DNA of 64,000 nt, taken from the NCBI GenBank assembly GCA_964016885.1, contig CAXHJY010000898.1, forward strand, positions 62,001 to 126,000. The letters run 5' to 3'. Position numbers and translations under genes: made by a program. This document shows, one piece after another, positions 38,740 to 51,749 of the stretch. Position 1 is the first letter of the stretch. Each line of letters opens with the position of its first letter. The stretch is from Eledone cirrhosa (lineage: Eukaryota). The notes under the pieces are model-generated. The model saw only the letters and a list, made by a program, of their open reading frames with translations, did no database searches and was not told where the DNA came from.

Positions 38740-41700
38740 AGCTTAGCTTAGCTTAGGATAGCTTAGCTTAGCTTAGCTTAGAATAGCTTAGCTTAGGATA
38801 GCTTAGCTTAGGATAGCTTAGCTTAGGATAGCTTAGCTTAGGATAGCTTAGGATAGCTTAGCTTAGGATAGCTTAGGATAGCTTAGCTTAGGATAGCTTA
38901 GCTTAGCTTAGCTTAGGATAGCTTAGCTTAGCTTAGGATAGCTTAGCTTAGCTTAGCTTAGGATAGCTTAGCTTAGGATAGCTTAGGAAAGCTTAGCTTA
39001 GCTTAGCTTAGGATAGCTTAGCTTAGCTTAGCTTAGGATAGCTTAGCTTAGCTTAGGATAGCTTAGCTTAGCTTAGCTTAGGATAGCTTAGCTTAGCTTA
39101 GTTTAGGATAGCTTAGCTTAGCTTAGCTTAGGATAGCTTAGCTTGGCTTAGCTTAGGATAGCTTAGCTTAGCTTAGCTTAGCTTAGGATAGCTTAGCTTA
39201 GGATAGCTTAGCTTAGCTTAGCTTAGGATAGCTTAGCTTAGCTTAGCTTAGGATAGCTTAGCTTAGGATAGCTTAGCTTAGCTTAGCTTAGGATAGCTTA
39301 GCATAGCTTAGCTTAGGATAGCTTAGCTTAGCTTAGCTTAGGATAGCTTAGCTTAGCTTAGCTTAGGATAGCTTAGCTTAGCTTAGCTTAGGATAGCTTA
39401 GCTTAGCTTAGCTTAGGATAGCTTAGCTTAGCTTAGCTTAGGATAGCTTAGCATAGCTTAGCTTAGGATAGCTTAGCTTAGCTTAGCTTAGGATAGCTTA
39501 GCTTAGCTTAGGATAGCTTAGCTTAGCTTGGCTTAGGATAGCTTAGCTTAGCTTGGCTTAGGATAGCTTAGCTTAGCTTAGCTTAGGATAGCTTAGCTTA
39601 GGATAGCTTAGGATAGCTTAGCTTAGCTTAGCTTAGGATAGCTTAGCTTAGTTTAGGATAGCTTAGCTTAGCTTAGCTTAGGATAGCTTAGGATAGCTTA
39701 GCTTAGGATAGCTTAGGATAGCTTAGCTTAGGATAGCTTAGGATAGCTTAGCTTAGGATAGCTTAGGATAGCTTAGGTTAGGATAGCTTAGCTTAGGATA
39801 GCTTAGGATAGCTTAGCTTAGGATAGCTTAGGATAGCTTAGCTTAGGATAGCTTAGGATAGCTTAGCTTAGGATAGCTTAGCTTAGGATAGCTTAGGAAA
39901 GCTTAGCTTAGCTTAGCTTAGGATAGCTTAGCTTAGCTTAGCTTAGGATAGCTTAGCTTAGCTTAGCTTAGGATAGCTTAGGATAGCTTAGCTTAGGATA
40001 GCTTAGGATAGCTTAGCTTAGGATAGCTTAGCTTAGGATAGCTTAGCTTAGGATAGCTTAGGATAGCTTAGCTTAGGATAGCTTAGGATAGCTTAGCTTA
40101 GGATAGCTTAGCTTAGGATAGCTTAGGATAGCTTAGCTTAGCTTAGCTTAGGATAGCTTAGCTTAGCTTAGGATAGCTTAGCTTAGCTTAGCTTAGCTTA
40201 GGATAGCTTAGCTTAGCTTAGGATAGCTTAGGATAGCTTAGCTTAGGATAGCTTAGGATAGCTTAGCTTAGGATAGCTTAGGATAGCTTAGATAAGGATA
40301 GCTTAGGATAGCTTAGCTTAGGATAGCTTAGCTTAGGATAGCTTAGCTTAGCTTAGCTTAGGATAGCTTAGCTTAGGATAGCTTAGGATATCTTAGGTTA
40401 GGATAGCTTAGCTTAGGATAGCTTAGGATAGATTAGCTTAGCTTAGCTTAGGATAGCTTAGCTTAGCTTAGCTTAGGATAGCTTAGCTTAGCTTAGGATA
40501 GCTTAGCTTAGCTTAGCTTAGGATAGCTTAGCTTAGCTTAGCTTAGGAGAGCTTAGCTTAGCTTAGGATAGCTTAGCTTAGCTTAGCTTAGGATAGCTTA
40601 GCTTAGCTTAGCTTAGGATAGCTTAGCTTAGGATAGCTTAGCTTAGGATAGCTTAGCTTAGGTTAGCTTAGCTTAGCTTAGCTTAGGATAGCTTAGCTTA
40701 GCTTAGCTTAGGATAGCTTAGCTTAGGATAGCTTAGGATTGCTTAGCTTAGCTTAGCTTAGGATAGCTTAGCTTAGCTTAGCTTAGGATAGCTTAGCTTA
40801 GCTTAGCTTAGGATAGCTTAGCTTAGCTTAGGATAGCTTAGCTTAGCTTAGCTTAGGATAGCTTAGCTTAGCTTAGCTTAGGATAGCTTAGCTTAGCTTA
40901 GCTTAGGATAGCTTAGGATAGCTTAGGATAGCTTAGCTTAGCTTAGCTTAGGATAGCTTAGCTTAGCTTAGGATAGCTTAGCTTAGCTTAGCTTAGGATA
41001 GCTTAGCTTAGCTTAGGATAGCTTAGCTTAGCTTAGCTTAGGATAGCTTAGCTTAGCTTAGCTTAGGATAGCTTAGCTTAGCTTAGCTTAGGATAGCTTA
41101 GCTTAGCTTAGCTTAGGATAGCTTAGCTTAGCTTAGCTTAGGATAGATTAGCTTAGCTTAGGATAGCTTAGCTTAGCTTAGCTTAGGAAAGCTTAGCTTA
41201 GCTTAGGATAGCTTAGCTTAGCTTAGCTTAGGAGAGCTTAGCTTAGCTTAGCTTAGGATAGCTTAGCTTAGCTTAGCTTAGGATAGCTTAGCTTAGCTTA
41301 GGTAGCTTAGCTTAGCTTAGCTTAGGATAGCTTAGCTTAGCTTAGCTTAGCTTAGGATAGCTTAGCTTAGCTTAGCTTAGGAGAGCTTAGCTTAGCTTAG
41401 CTTAGGATAGCTTAGGATAGCTTAGCTTAGGATAGCTTAGGATAGCTTACCTTAGGAGAGCTTAGCTTAGGATAGCTTAGCTTAGGATAGCTTAGGATAG
41501 CTTAGCTTAGGATAGCTTAGCTTAGGATAGCTTAGCTTAGGATAGCTTAGGATAGCTTAGCTTAGCTTAGCTTAGGATAGCTTAGCTTAGGATAGCTTAG
41601 CTTAGGTTAGCTTAGCTTAGCTTAGCTTAGCTTAGGATAGCTTAGCTTAGGATAGCTTAGGATAGCTTAGGATAGCTTAGGATAGCTTAGCTTAGGATAG

Positions 41701-42900
41701 CTTAGCTTAGGATAGCTTAGGATAGCTTAGCTTAGGATAGCTTAGGATAGCTTAGCTTAGGATAGCTTAGCTTAGGATAGCTTAGGATAGCTTAGCTTAA
41801 CTTAGCTTAGGAAAGCTTAGCTTAGCTTAGGATAGCTTAGCTTAGCTTAGCTTAGGAGAGCTTAGCTTAGCTTAGCTTAGGATAGCTTAGCTTAGCTTAG
41901 GATAGCTTAGCTTAGCTTAGGTAGCTTAGCTTAGCTTAGCTTAGGATAGCTTAGCTTAGCTTAGCTTAGCTTAGGATAGCTTAGCTTAGCTTAGCTTAGG
42001 AGAGCTTAGCTTAGCTTAGCTTAGGATAGCTTAGGATAGCTTAGCTTAGGATAGCTTAGGATAGCTTACCTTAGGAGAGCTTAGCTTAGGATAGCTTAGC
42101 TTAGGATAGCTTAGGATAGCTTAGCTTAGGATAGCTTAGCTTAGGATAGCTTAGCTTAGGATAGCTTAGGATAGCTTAGCTTAGCTTAGCTTAGGATAGC
42201 TTAGCTTAGCTTAGCTTAGGATAGCTTAGCTTAGGTTAGCTTAGCTTAGCTTAGCTTAGCTTAGGATAGCTTAGCTTAGGATAGCTTAGGATAGCTTAGG
42301 ATAGCTTAGCTTAGGATAGCTTAGCTTAGGATAGCTTAGGATAGCTTAGCTTAGGATAGCTTAGGATAGCTTAGCTTAGGATAGCTTAGCTTAGGATAGC
42401 TTAGGATAGCTTAGCTTAGCTTAGCTTAGGATAGCTTAGCTTAGCTTAGCTTAGGATAGCTTAGCTTAGCTTAGGATTGCTTAGCTTAGCTTAGCTTAGG
42501 ATAGCTTAGGATAGCTTAGCTTAGGATAGCTTAGCTTAGGATAGCTTAGGATAGCTTAGGATAGCTTAGCTTAGCTTAGCTTAGGATAGCTTAGCTTAGC
42601 TTAGCTTAGGATAGCTTAGCTTAGCTTAGCTTAGGATAGCTTAGCTTAGCTTAGGATAGCTTAGCTTAGCTTAGCTTAGGATAGCTTAGCTTAGCTTAGC
42701 TTAGGACAGCTTAGCTTAGCTTAGCTTAGGATAGCTTAGCTTAGCTTAGGATAGCTTAGCTTAGCTTAGCTTAGGATAGCTTAGCTTAGGATAGCTTAGC
42801 TTAGGATAGCTTAGCTTGGGTTAGCTTAGCTTAGCTTAGCTTAGGATAGCTTAGGATAGCTTAGCTTAGGATAGCTTAGCTTAGCTTATCTTAGGATAGC
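38740..42900 (+). repeat. Block X, copy 3, with an internal ~620-bp duplication
   Basis: TTAGA 38778, AAAGC 38988, GATATC 40387, GGTAGC 41301 and 41920, TTACC 41447 and 42066, ACAGC 42706, TTGGG 42816. Confidence 0.88.
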
Positions 42901-43380
42901 TTAGCTTAGCTTAGCTTAGGATAGCTTAGCTTAGCTTAGCTTAGGATAGCTTAGCTTAGCTTAGCTTAGGATAGCTTAGCTTAGGATAGCTTAGGATAGC
43001 TTAGCTTAGCTTAGCTTAGGATAGCTTAGCTTAGCTTAGCTTAGGATAGCTTAGCTTAGCTTAGGATAGCTTAGCTTAGCTTAGCTTAGGATAGCTTAGC
43101 TTAGCTTAGCTTAGGATAGCTTAGCTTAGCTTAGCTTAGGATAGCTTAGGATAGCTTAGGATAGCTTAGCTTAGCTTAGCTTAGGATAGCTTAGCTTAGC
43201 TTAGCTTAGGATAGCTTAGCTTAGCTTAGCTTAGGATAGCTTAGCTTAGCTTAGGATAGCTTAGCTTAGCTTAGGATAGCTTAGCTTAGCTTAGCTTAGC
43301 TTAGGATAGCTTAGCTTAGCTTAGCTTAGGATAGCTTAGCTTAGCTTAGCTTAGGATAGCTTAGCTTAGCTTAGGATAGC

Positions 43381-46300
43381 TTAGCTTAGCTTAGCTTAGG
43401 ATAGCTTAGCTTAGCTTAGCTTAGGATAGCTTAGCTTAGCTTAGCTTAGGATAGATTAGCTTAGCTTAGGATAGCTTAGCTTAGCTTAGGAAAGCTTAGC
43501 TTAGCTTAGGATAGCTTAGCTTAGCTTAGCTTAGGATAGCTTAGGATAGCTTAGCTTAGGATAGCTTAGGATAGCTTAGCTTAGGATAGCTTAGGATAGC
43601 TTAGGTTAGGATAGCTTAGCTTAGGATAGCTTAGGATAGCTTAGCTTAGGATAGCTTAGGATAGCTTAGCTTAGGATAGCTTAGGATAGCTTAGCTTAGG
43701 ATAGCTTAGCTTAGGATAGCTTAGGAAAGCTTAGCTTAGCTTAGCTTAGGATAGCTTAGCTTAGCTTAGCTTAGGATAGCTTAGCTTAGCTTAGCTTAGG
43801 ATAGCTTAGGATAGCTTAGCTTAGGATAGCTTAGGATAGCTTAGCTTAGGATAGCTTAGCTTAGGATAGCTTAGCTTAGGATAGCTTAGGATAGCTTAGC
43901 TTCGGATAGCTTAGGATAGCTTAGCTTAGGATAGCTTAGCTTAGGATAGCTTAGGATAGCTTAGCTTAGCTTAGCTTAGGATAGCTTAGCTTAGCTTAGC
44001 TTAGGATAGCTTAGCTTAGCTTAGCTTAGCTTAGCTTAGGATAGCTTAGGATAGCTTAGCTTAGGATAGCTTAGGATAGCTTAGCTTAGGATAGCTTAGC
44101 TTAGGATAGCTTAGCTTAGCTTAGCTTAGGATAGCTTAGCTTAGGATAGCTTAGGATAGCTTAGCTTAGGATAGCTTAGCTTAGGATAGCTTAGGATAGC
44201 TTAGCTTAGCTTAGCTTAGGATAGCTTAGCTTAGCTTAGCTTAGGATAGCTTAGCTTAGCTTAGGATAGCTTAGCTTAGCTTAGCTTAGGATAGCTTAGC
44301 TTAGCTTAGCTTAGGATAGCTTAGCTTAGGATAGCTTAGGATAGCTTAGCTTAGCTTAGCTTAGGATAGCTTAGCTTAGCTTAGCTTAGGATAGCTTAGC
44401 TTAGCTTAGGATAGCTTAGCTTAGCTTAGCTTAGGATAGCTTAGCCTAGCTTAGCTTAGGATAGCTTAGCTTAGCTTAGCTTAGGATAGCTTAGCTTAGG
44501 ATAGCTTAGGATAGCTTAGCTTAGCTTAGCTTAGGATAGCTTAGCTTAGCTTAGGATAGCTTAGCTTAGCTTAGGATAGCTTAGCTTAGCTTAGCTTAGG
44601 ATAGCTTAGCTTAGCTTAGCTTAGGATAGCTTAGCTTAGGTTAGCTTAGGATAGCTTAGGATAGCTTAGGATAGCTTAGCTTAGCTTAGCTTAGCTTAGG
44701 ATAGCTTAACTTAGCTTAGGATAGCTTAGCTTAGCTTAGCTTAGGATAGCTTAGCTTAGCTTAGCTTAGGATAGCTTAGCTTAGCTTAGCTTAGGATAGC
44801 TTAGCTTAGCTTAGATTAGGATAGCTTAGCTTAGCTTAGCTTAGGATAGCTTAGCTTAGCTTAGCTTAGAATAGCTTAGCTTAGGATAGCTTAGCTTAGG
44901 ATAGCTTAGGATAGCTTAGCTTAGGATAGCTTAGGATAGCTTAGCTTAGGATAGCTTAGCTTAGCTTAGCTTAGGATAGCTTAGCTTAGCTTAGGATAGC
45001 TTAGCTTAGCTTAGCTTAGGATAGCTTAGCTTAGGATAGCTTAGGAAAGCTTAGCTTAGCTTAGCTTAGCTTAGCTTAGCTTAGCTTAGCTTAGGATAGC
45101 TTAGCTTAGCTTAGGATAGCTTAGCTTAGCTTAGCTTAGGATAGCTTAGCTTAGCTTAGCTTAGGATAGCTTAGCTTAGCTTAGCTTAGGATAGATTAGC
45201 TTAGCTTAGGATAGCTTAGCTTAGCTTAGGAAAGCTTAGCTTAGCTTAGGATAGCTTAGCTTAGCTTAGCTTAGGATAGCTTAGGATAGCTTAGCTTAGG
45301 ATAGCTTAGGATAGCTTAGCTTAGGATAGCTTAGGATAGCTTAGGTTAGGATAGCTTAGCTTAGGATAGCTTAGGATAGCTTAGCTTAGGATAGCTTAGG
45401 ATAGCTTAGCTTAGGATAGCTTAGGATAGCTTAGCTTAGGATAGCTTAGCTTAGGATAGCTTAGGAAAGCTTAGCTTAGCTTAGCTTAGGATAGCTTAGC
45501 TTAGCTTAGCTTAGGATAGCTTAGCTTAGCTTAGCTTAGGATAGCTTAGGATAGCTTAGCTTAGGATAGCTTAGGATAGCTTAGCTTAGGATAGCTTAGC
45601 TTAGGATAGCTTAGCTTAGGATAGCTTAGGATAGCTTAGCTTCGGATAGCTTAGGATAGCTTAGCTTAGGATAGCTTAGCTTAGGATAGCTTAGGATAGC
45701 TTAGCTTAGCTTAGCTTAGGATAGCTTAGCTTAGCTTAGCTTAGGATAGCTTAGCTTAGCTTAGCTTAGCTTAGCTTAGGATAGCTTAGGATAGCTTAGC
45801 TTAGGATAGCTTAGGATAGCTTAGCTTAGGATAGCTTAGCTTAGGATAGCTTAGCTTAGCTTAGCTTAGGATAGCTTAGCTTAGGATAGCTTAGGATAGC
45901 TTAGCTTAGGATAGCTTAGCTTAGGATAGCTTAGGATAGCTTAGCTTAGCTTAGCTTAGGATAGCTTAGCTTAGCTTAGCTTAGGATAGCTTAGCTTAGC
46001 TTAGGATAGCTTAGCTTAGCTTAGCTTAGGATAGCTTAGCTTAGCTTAGCTTAGGATAGCTTAGCTTAGGATAGCTTAGGATAGCTTAGCTTAGCTTAGC
46101 TTAGGATAGCTTAGCTTAGCTTAGCTTAGGATAGCTTAGCTTAGCTTAGGATAGCTTAGCTTAGCTTAGCTTAGGATAGCTTAGCCTAGCTTAGCTTAGG
46201 ATAGCTTAGCTTAGCTTAGCTTAGGATAGCTTAGCTTAGGATAGCTTAGGATAGCTTAGCTTAGCTTAGCTTAGGATAGCTTAGCTTAGCTTAGGATAGC

Positions 46301-46859
46301 TTAGCTTAGCTTAGGATAGCTTAGCTTAGCTTAGCTTAGGATAGCTTAGCTTAGCTTAGCTTAGGATAGCTTAGCTTAGGTTAGCTTAGGATAGCTTAGG
46401 ATAGCTTAGGATAGCTTAGCTTAGCTTAGCTTAGCTTAGGATAGCTTAACTTAGCTTAGGATAGCTTAGCTTAGCTTAGCTTAGGATAGCTTAGCTTAGC
46501 TTAGCTTAGGATAGCTTAGCTTAGCTTAGCTTAGGATAGCTTAGCTTAGCTTAGATTAGGATAGCTTAGCTTAGCTTAGCTTAGGATAGCTTAGCTTAGC
46601 TTAGCTTAGAATAGCTTAGCTTAGGATAGCTTAGCTTAGGATAGCTTAGGATAGCTTAGCTTAGGATAGCTTAGGATAGCTTAGCTTAGGATAGCTTAGC
46701 TTAGCTTAGCTTAGGATAGCTTAGCTTAGCTTAGGATAGCTTAGCTTAGCTTAGCTTAGGATAGCTTAGCTTAGGATAGCTTAGGAAAGCTTAGCTTAGC
46801 TTAGCTTAGCTTAGCTTAGCTTAGCTTAGCTTAGGATAGCTTAGCTTAGCTTAGGATAG
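43381..46859 (+). repeat. Direct tandem duplication with a 1740-bp unit (about 43381-45120 and 45121-46859)
   Basis: Printed lines match at offset 1740. Shared variants: ATAGA 43451/45191, AAAGC 43491/45231, TTCGG 43901/45641, CTAGC 44446/46186, TTAAC 44706/46446, TTAGA 44811/46551 and 44866/46606. Confidence 0.95.
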
Positions 46860-49800
46860 TTTAGCTTAGCTTAGCTTAGGATAGCTTAGCTTAGCTTAGC
46901 TTAGGATAGCTTAGCTTAGCTTAGCTTAGGATAGCTTAGCTTAGCTTAGGATAGCTTAGCTTAGCTTAGCTTAGGATAGCTTAGCTTAGCTTAGGATAGC
47001 TTAGCTTAGCTTAGCTTAGGATAGCTTAGCTTAGCTTAGCTTAGGATAGCTTAGCTTAGGATAGCTTAGCTTAGCTTAGGATAGCTTAGCTTAGCTTAGC
47101 TTAGGATAGCTTAGCTTAGCTTAGCTTAGGATAGCTTAGCTTAGCTTAGCTTAGTATAGCTTAGCTTAGCTTAGCTTAGGATAGCTTAGCTTAGCTTAGC
47201 TTAGGATAGCTTAGCTTAGCTTAGCTTAGGATAGCTTAGCTTAGCTTAGCTTAGGATAGCTTAGCTTAGCTTAGCTTAGGATAGCTTAGCTTAGCTTGGC
47301 TTAGGATAGCTTAGCTTAGCTTGGCTTAGTATAGATTAGCTTAGCTTAGCTTAGGATAGCTTAGCTTAGCTTAGCTTAGCTTAGCTTAGCTTAGGATAGC
47401 TTAGCTTAGCTTAGCTTAGCTTAGGATAGCTTAGCTTAGCTTAGCTTAGCTTAGGATAGCTTAGCTTAGCTTAGCTTAGCTTAGGATAGCTTAGCTTAGC
47501 TTAGCTTAGGATAGCTTAGCTTAGTTTAGGATAGCTTAGCTTAGCTTAGCTTAGGATAGCTTAGGATAGCTTAGCTTAGGATAGCTTAGGATAGCTTAGC
47601 TTAGGATAGCTTAGGATAGCTTAGGTTAGGATAGCTTAGCTTAGGATAGATTAGGATAGCTTAGCTTAGGATAGCTTAGGATAGCTTAGCTTAGGATAGC
47701 TTAGGATAGCTTAGCTTAGAATAGCTTAGCTTAGGATAGCTTAGGAAAGCTTAGCTTAGCTTAGCTTAGGATAGCTTAGCTTAGCTTAGCTTAGGATAGC
47801 TTAGCTTAGCTTAGCTTAGGATAGCTTAGGATAGCTTAGCTTAGGATAGCTTAGGATAGCTTAGCTTTGGATAGCTTAGCTTAGGAGAGCTTAGCTTAGG
47901 ATAGCTTAGGATAGCTTAGCTTAGGATAGCTTAGGATAGCTTAGCTTAGGATAGCTTAGCTTAGGATAGCTTAGGATAGCTTAGCTTAGCTTAGCTTAGG
48001 ATAGCTTAGCTTAGCTTAGCTTAGCTTAGGATAGCTTAGCTTAGCTTAGCTTAGCTTAGGATAGCTTAGCTTAGCTTAGCTTAGGATAGCTTAGGATAGC
48101 TTAGCTTAGGATAGCTTAGGATAGCTTAGCTTAGGATAGCTTAGGATAGCTTAGCTTAGGATAGCTTAGGATAGCTTAGCTTAGGATAGCTTAGCTTAGG
48201 ATAGCTTAGCTTAGCTTAGCTTAGGATAGCTTAGCTTAGGATAGCTTAGGATAGCTTAGCTTAGGATAGCTTAGCTTAGGATAGCTTAGGATAGCTTAGC
48301 TTAGCTTAGCTTAGGATAGCTTAGCTTAGCTTAGCTTAGGATAGCTTAGCTTAGCTTAGGATAGCTTAGCTTAGCTTAGCTTAGGATAGCTTAGCTTAGC
48401 TTAGCTTAGGATAGCTTAGCTTAGCTTAGCTTAGGATAGCTTAGCTTAGCTTAGGATAGCTCAGCTTAGCTTAGCTTAGGAAAGCTTAGCTTAGCTTAGC
48501 TTAGGATAGCTTAGCTTAGGATAGCTTAGCTTAGGATAGCTTAGCTTAGGTTAGCTTAGCTTAGCTTAGGATAGCTTAGGATAGCTTAGCTTAGGATAGC
48601 TTAGCTTAGCTTAGCTTAGGATAGCTTAGCTTAGCTTAGCTTAGGATAGCTTAGCTTAGCTTAGCTTAGGATAGCTTAGCTTAGGATAGCTTAGGATAGC
48701 TTAGCTTAGCTTAGCTTAGGATAGTTTAGCTTAGCTTAGCTTAGGATAGCTTAGCTTAGCTTAGGATAGCTTAGCTTAGCTTAGCTTAGGATAGCTTAGC
48801 TTAGCTTAGCTTAGGATAGCTTAGCTTAGGTTAGCTTAGGATAGCTTAGGATAGCTTAGCTTAGGATAGCTTAGGATAGCTTAGCTTAGGATAGCTTAGC
48901 TTAGGATAGCTTAGCTTAGGTTAGCTTAGCTTAGCTTAGCTTAGGATAGCTTAGGATAGCTTAGCTTAGGATAGCTTAGCTTAGCTTAGCTTAGGATAGC
49001 TTAGCTTAGGATAGCTTAGGATAGCTTAGCTTAGGATAGCTTAGCTTAGGATAGCTTAGCTTAGGATAGCTTAGGATAGCTTAGCTTAGCTTAGCTTAGG
49101 ATAGCTTAGCTTAGCTTAGCTTAGGATAGCTTAGCTTAGGTTAGCTTAGCTTAGCTTAGCTTAGGATAGCTTAGCTTAGGATAGCTTAGGATAGCTTAGC
49201 TTAGGATAGCTTAGCTTAGGATAGCTTAGGATAGCTTAGCTTAGGATAGCTTAGAATAGCTTAGCTTAGGATAGCTTAGCTTAGGATAGCTTAGGATAGC
49301 TTAGCTTAGCTTAGCTTAGGATAGCTTAGCTTAGCTTAGCTTAGGATAGCTTAGCTTAGCTTAGCTTAGGATAGCTTAGCTTAGCTTAGCTTAGGATAGC
49401 TTAGGATAGCTTAGCTTAGGATAGCTTAGGATAGCTTAGGATAGCTTAGCTTAGCTTAGCTTAGGATAGCTTAGCTTAGCTTAGCTTAGGATAGCTTAGC
49501 TTAGCTTAGCTTAGGATAGCTTAGCTTAGCTTAGGATAGCTTAGCTTAGCTTAGCTTAGGATAGCTTAGCTTAGCTTAGCTTAGGATAGCTTAGCTTAGC
49601 TTAGGATAGCTTAGCTTAGCTTAGGATAGCTTAGCTTAGCTTAGCTTAGGATAGCTTAGCTTAGCTTAGCTTAGGATAGCTTAGCTTAGCTTAGCTTAGG
49701 ATAGCTTAGCTTAGCTTAGCTTAGGATAGCTTAGCTTAGCTTAGCTTAGGATAGCTTAGCTTAGCTTAGCTTAGGATAGATTAGCTTAGCTTAGGATAGC

Positions 49801-50220
49801 TTAGCTTAGCTTAGCTTAGGAAAGCTTAGCTTAGCTTAGGATAGCTTAGCTTAGCTTAGCTTAGGAGAGCTTAGCTTAGCTTAGGATAGCTTAGCTTAGC
49901 TTAGCTTAGGATAGCTTAGCTTAGCTTAGCTTAGGTAGCTTAGCTTAGCTTAGCTTAGGATAGCTTAGCTTAGCTTAGCTTAGGATAGCTTAGGATAGCT
50001 TAGCTTAGGATAGCTTAGGATAGCTTACCTTAGGAGAGCTTAGCTTAGGATAGCTTAGCTTAGGATAGCTTAGGATAGCTTAGCTTAGGATAGCTTAGCT
50101 TAGGATAGCTTAGCTTAGGATAGCTTAGGATAGCTTAGCTTAGCTTAGCTTAGGATAGCTTAGCTTAGCTTAGCTTAGGATAGCTTAGCTTAGGTTAGCT
50201 TAGCTTAGCTTAGCTTAGGA
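45240..50220 (+). repeat. Block Y, copy 2 (its first ~1.6 kb also present in the preceding 1740-bp unit)
   Basis: AAAGC 45466, CTAGC 46186, TTAAC 46446, TTTGG 47866, TCAGC 48461, GGTAGC 49934, TTACC 50025. Confidence 0.85.
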
Positions 50221-51749
50221 TAGCTTAGCTTAGGATAGCTTAGGATAGCTTAGCTTAGGATAGCTTAGCTTAGGATAGCTTAGCTTAGCTTTGCTTAGGA
50301 TAGCTTAGCTTAGCTTAGCTTAGGATAGCTTAGCTTAGCTTAGCTTAGGATAGCTTAGCTTAGCTTAGCTTAGGATAGCTTAGCTTAGCTTAGCTTAGGA
50401 TAGCTTAGCTTAGCTTAGCTTAGGATAGCTTAGCTTAGCTTAGCTTAGGATCGCTTAGCTTAGCTTAGCTTAGGATAGCTTAGCTTAGCTTAGGATAGCT
50501 TAGCTTAGCTTAGCTTAGGATAGCTTAGCTTAGCTTAGGATAGCTTAGGATAGCTTAGCTTAGGAGAGCTTAGCTTAGCTTAGCTTAGGATAGCTTAGCT
50601 TAGCTTAGCTTAGGATAGCTTAGCTTAACTTAGCTTAGGATAGCTTAGCTTAGCTTAACTTAGGATAGCTTAGCTTAGCTTAGCTTAGGATAGCTTAGCT
50701 TAGCTTAGCTTAGGATAGCTTAGCTTAGCTTAGCTTAGGATAGCTTAGGATAGCTTAGCTTAGGATAGCTTAGGATAGCTTACCTTAGGAGAGCTTAGCT
50801 TAGGATAGCTTAGCTTAGGATAGCTTAGGATAGCTTAGCTTAGGATAGCTTAGCTTAGGATAGCTTAGCTTAGGATAGCTTAGGATAGCTTAGCTTAGCT
50901 TAGCTTAGGATAGCTTAGCTTAGCTTAGCTTAGGATAGCTTAGCTTAGCTTAGCTTAGGATAGCTTAGCTTAGCTTAGCTTAGGATAGCTTAGGATAGCT
51001 TAGCTTAGGATAGCTTAGGATAGCTTAGCTTAGGATAGCTTAGGATAGCTTAGCTTAGGATAGCTTAGCTTAGGATAGCTTAGCTTAGGATAGCTTAGGA
51101 TAGCTTAGCTCAGGATAGCTTAGGATAGCTTAGCTTAGGATAGCTTAGCTTAGGATAGCTTAGGATAGCTTAGCTTAACTTAGCTTAGGAAAGCTTAGCT
51201 TAGCTTAGCTTAGGATAGCTTAGCTTAGCTTAGCTTAGGATAGCTTAGCTTAGCTTAGCTTAGGATAGCTTAGGATAGCTTAGCTTAGGATAGCTTAGGA
51301 TAGCTTAGCTTAGGATAGCTTAGGATAGTTTAGCTTAGGATAGCTTAGCTTAGGATAGCTTAGGATAGCTTAGCTTAGCTTAGCTTAGGATAGCTTAGGA
51401 TAGCTTAGCTTAGGATAGCTTAGGATAGCTTAGCTTAGGATAGATTAGGATAGCTTAGCTTAGGATAGCTTAGGATAGCTTAGCTTAGGATAGCTTAGCT
51501 TAGGATAGCTTAGCTTAGCTTAGCTTAGGATAGCTTAGCTTGGGATAGCTTAGGATAGCTTAGCTTAGGATAGCTTAGGATAGCTTAGCTTAGCTTAGGA
51601 TAGCTTAGCTTAGCTTAGCTTAGGATAGCTTAGCTTAGCTTAGGATAGCTTAGCTTAGCTTAGCTTAGGATAGCTTAGCTTAGCTTAGCTTAGGATTGCT
51701 TAGCTTAGCTTAGCTTAGGATAGCTTAGCTTAGCTTAGCTTAGGATAGC

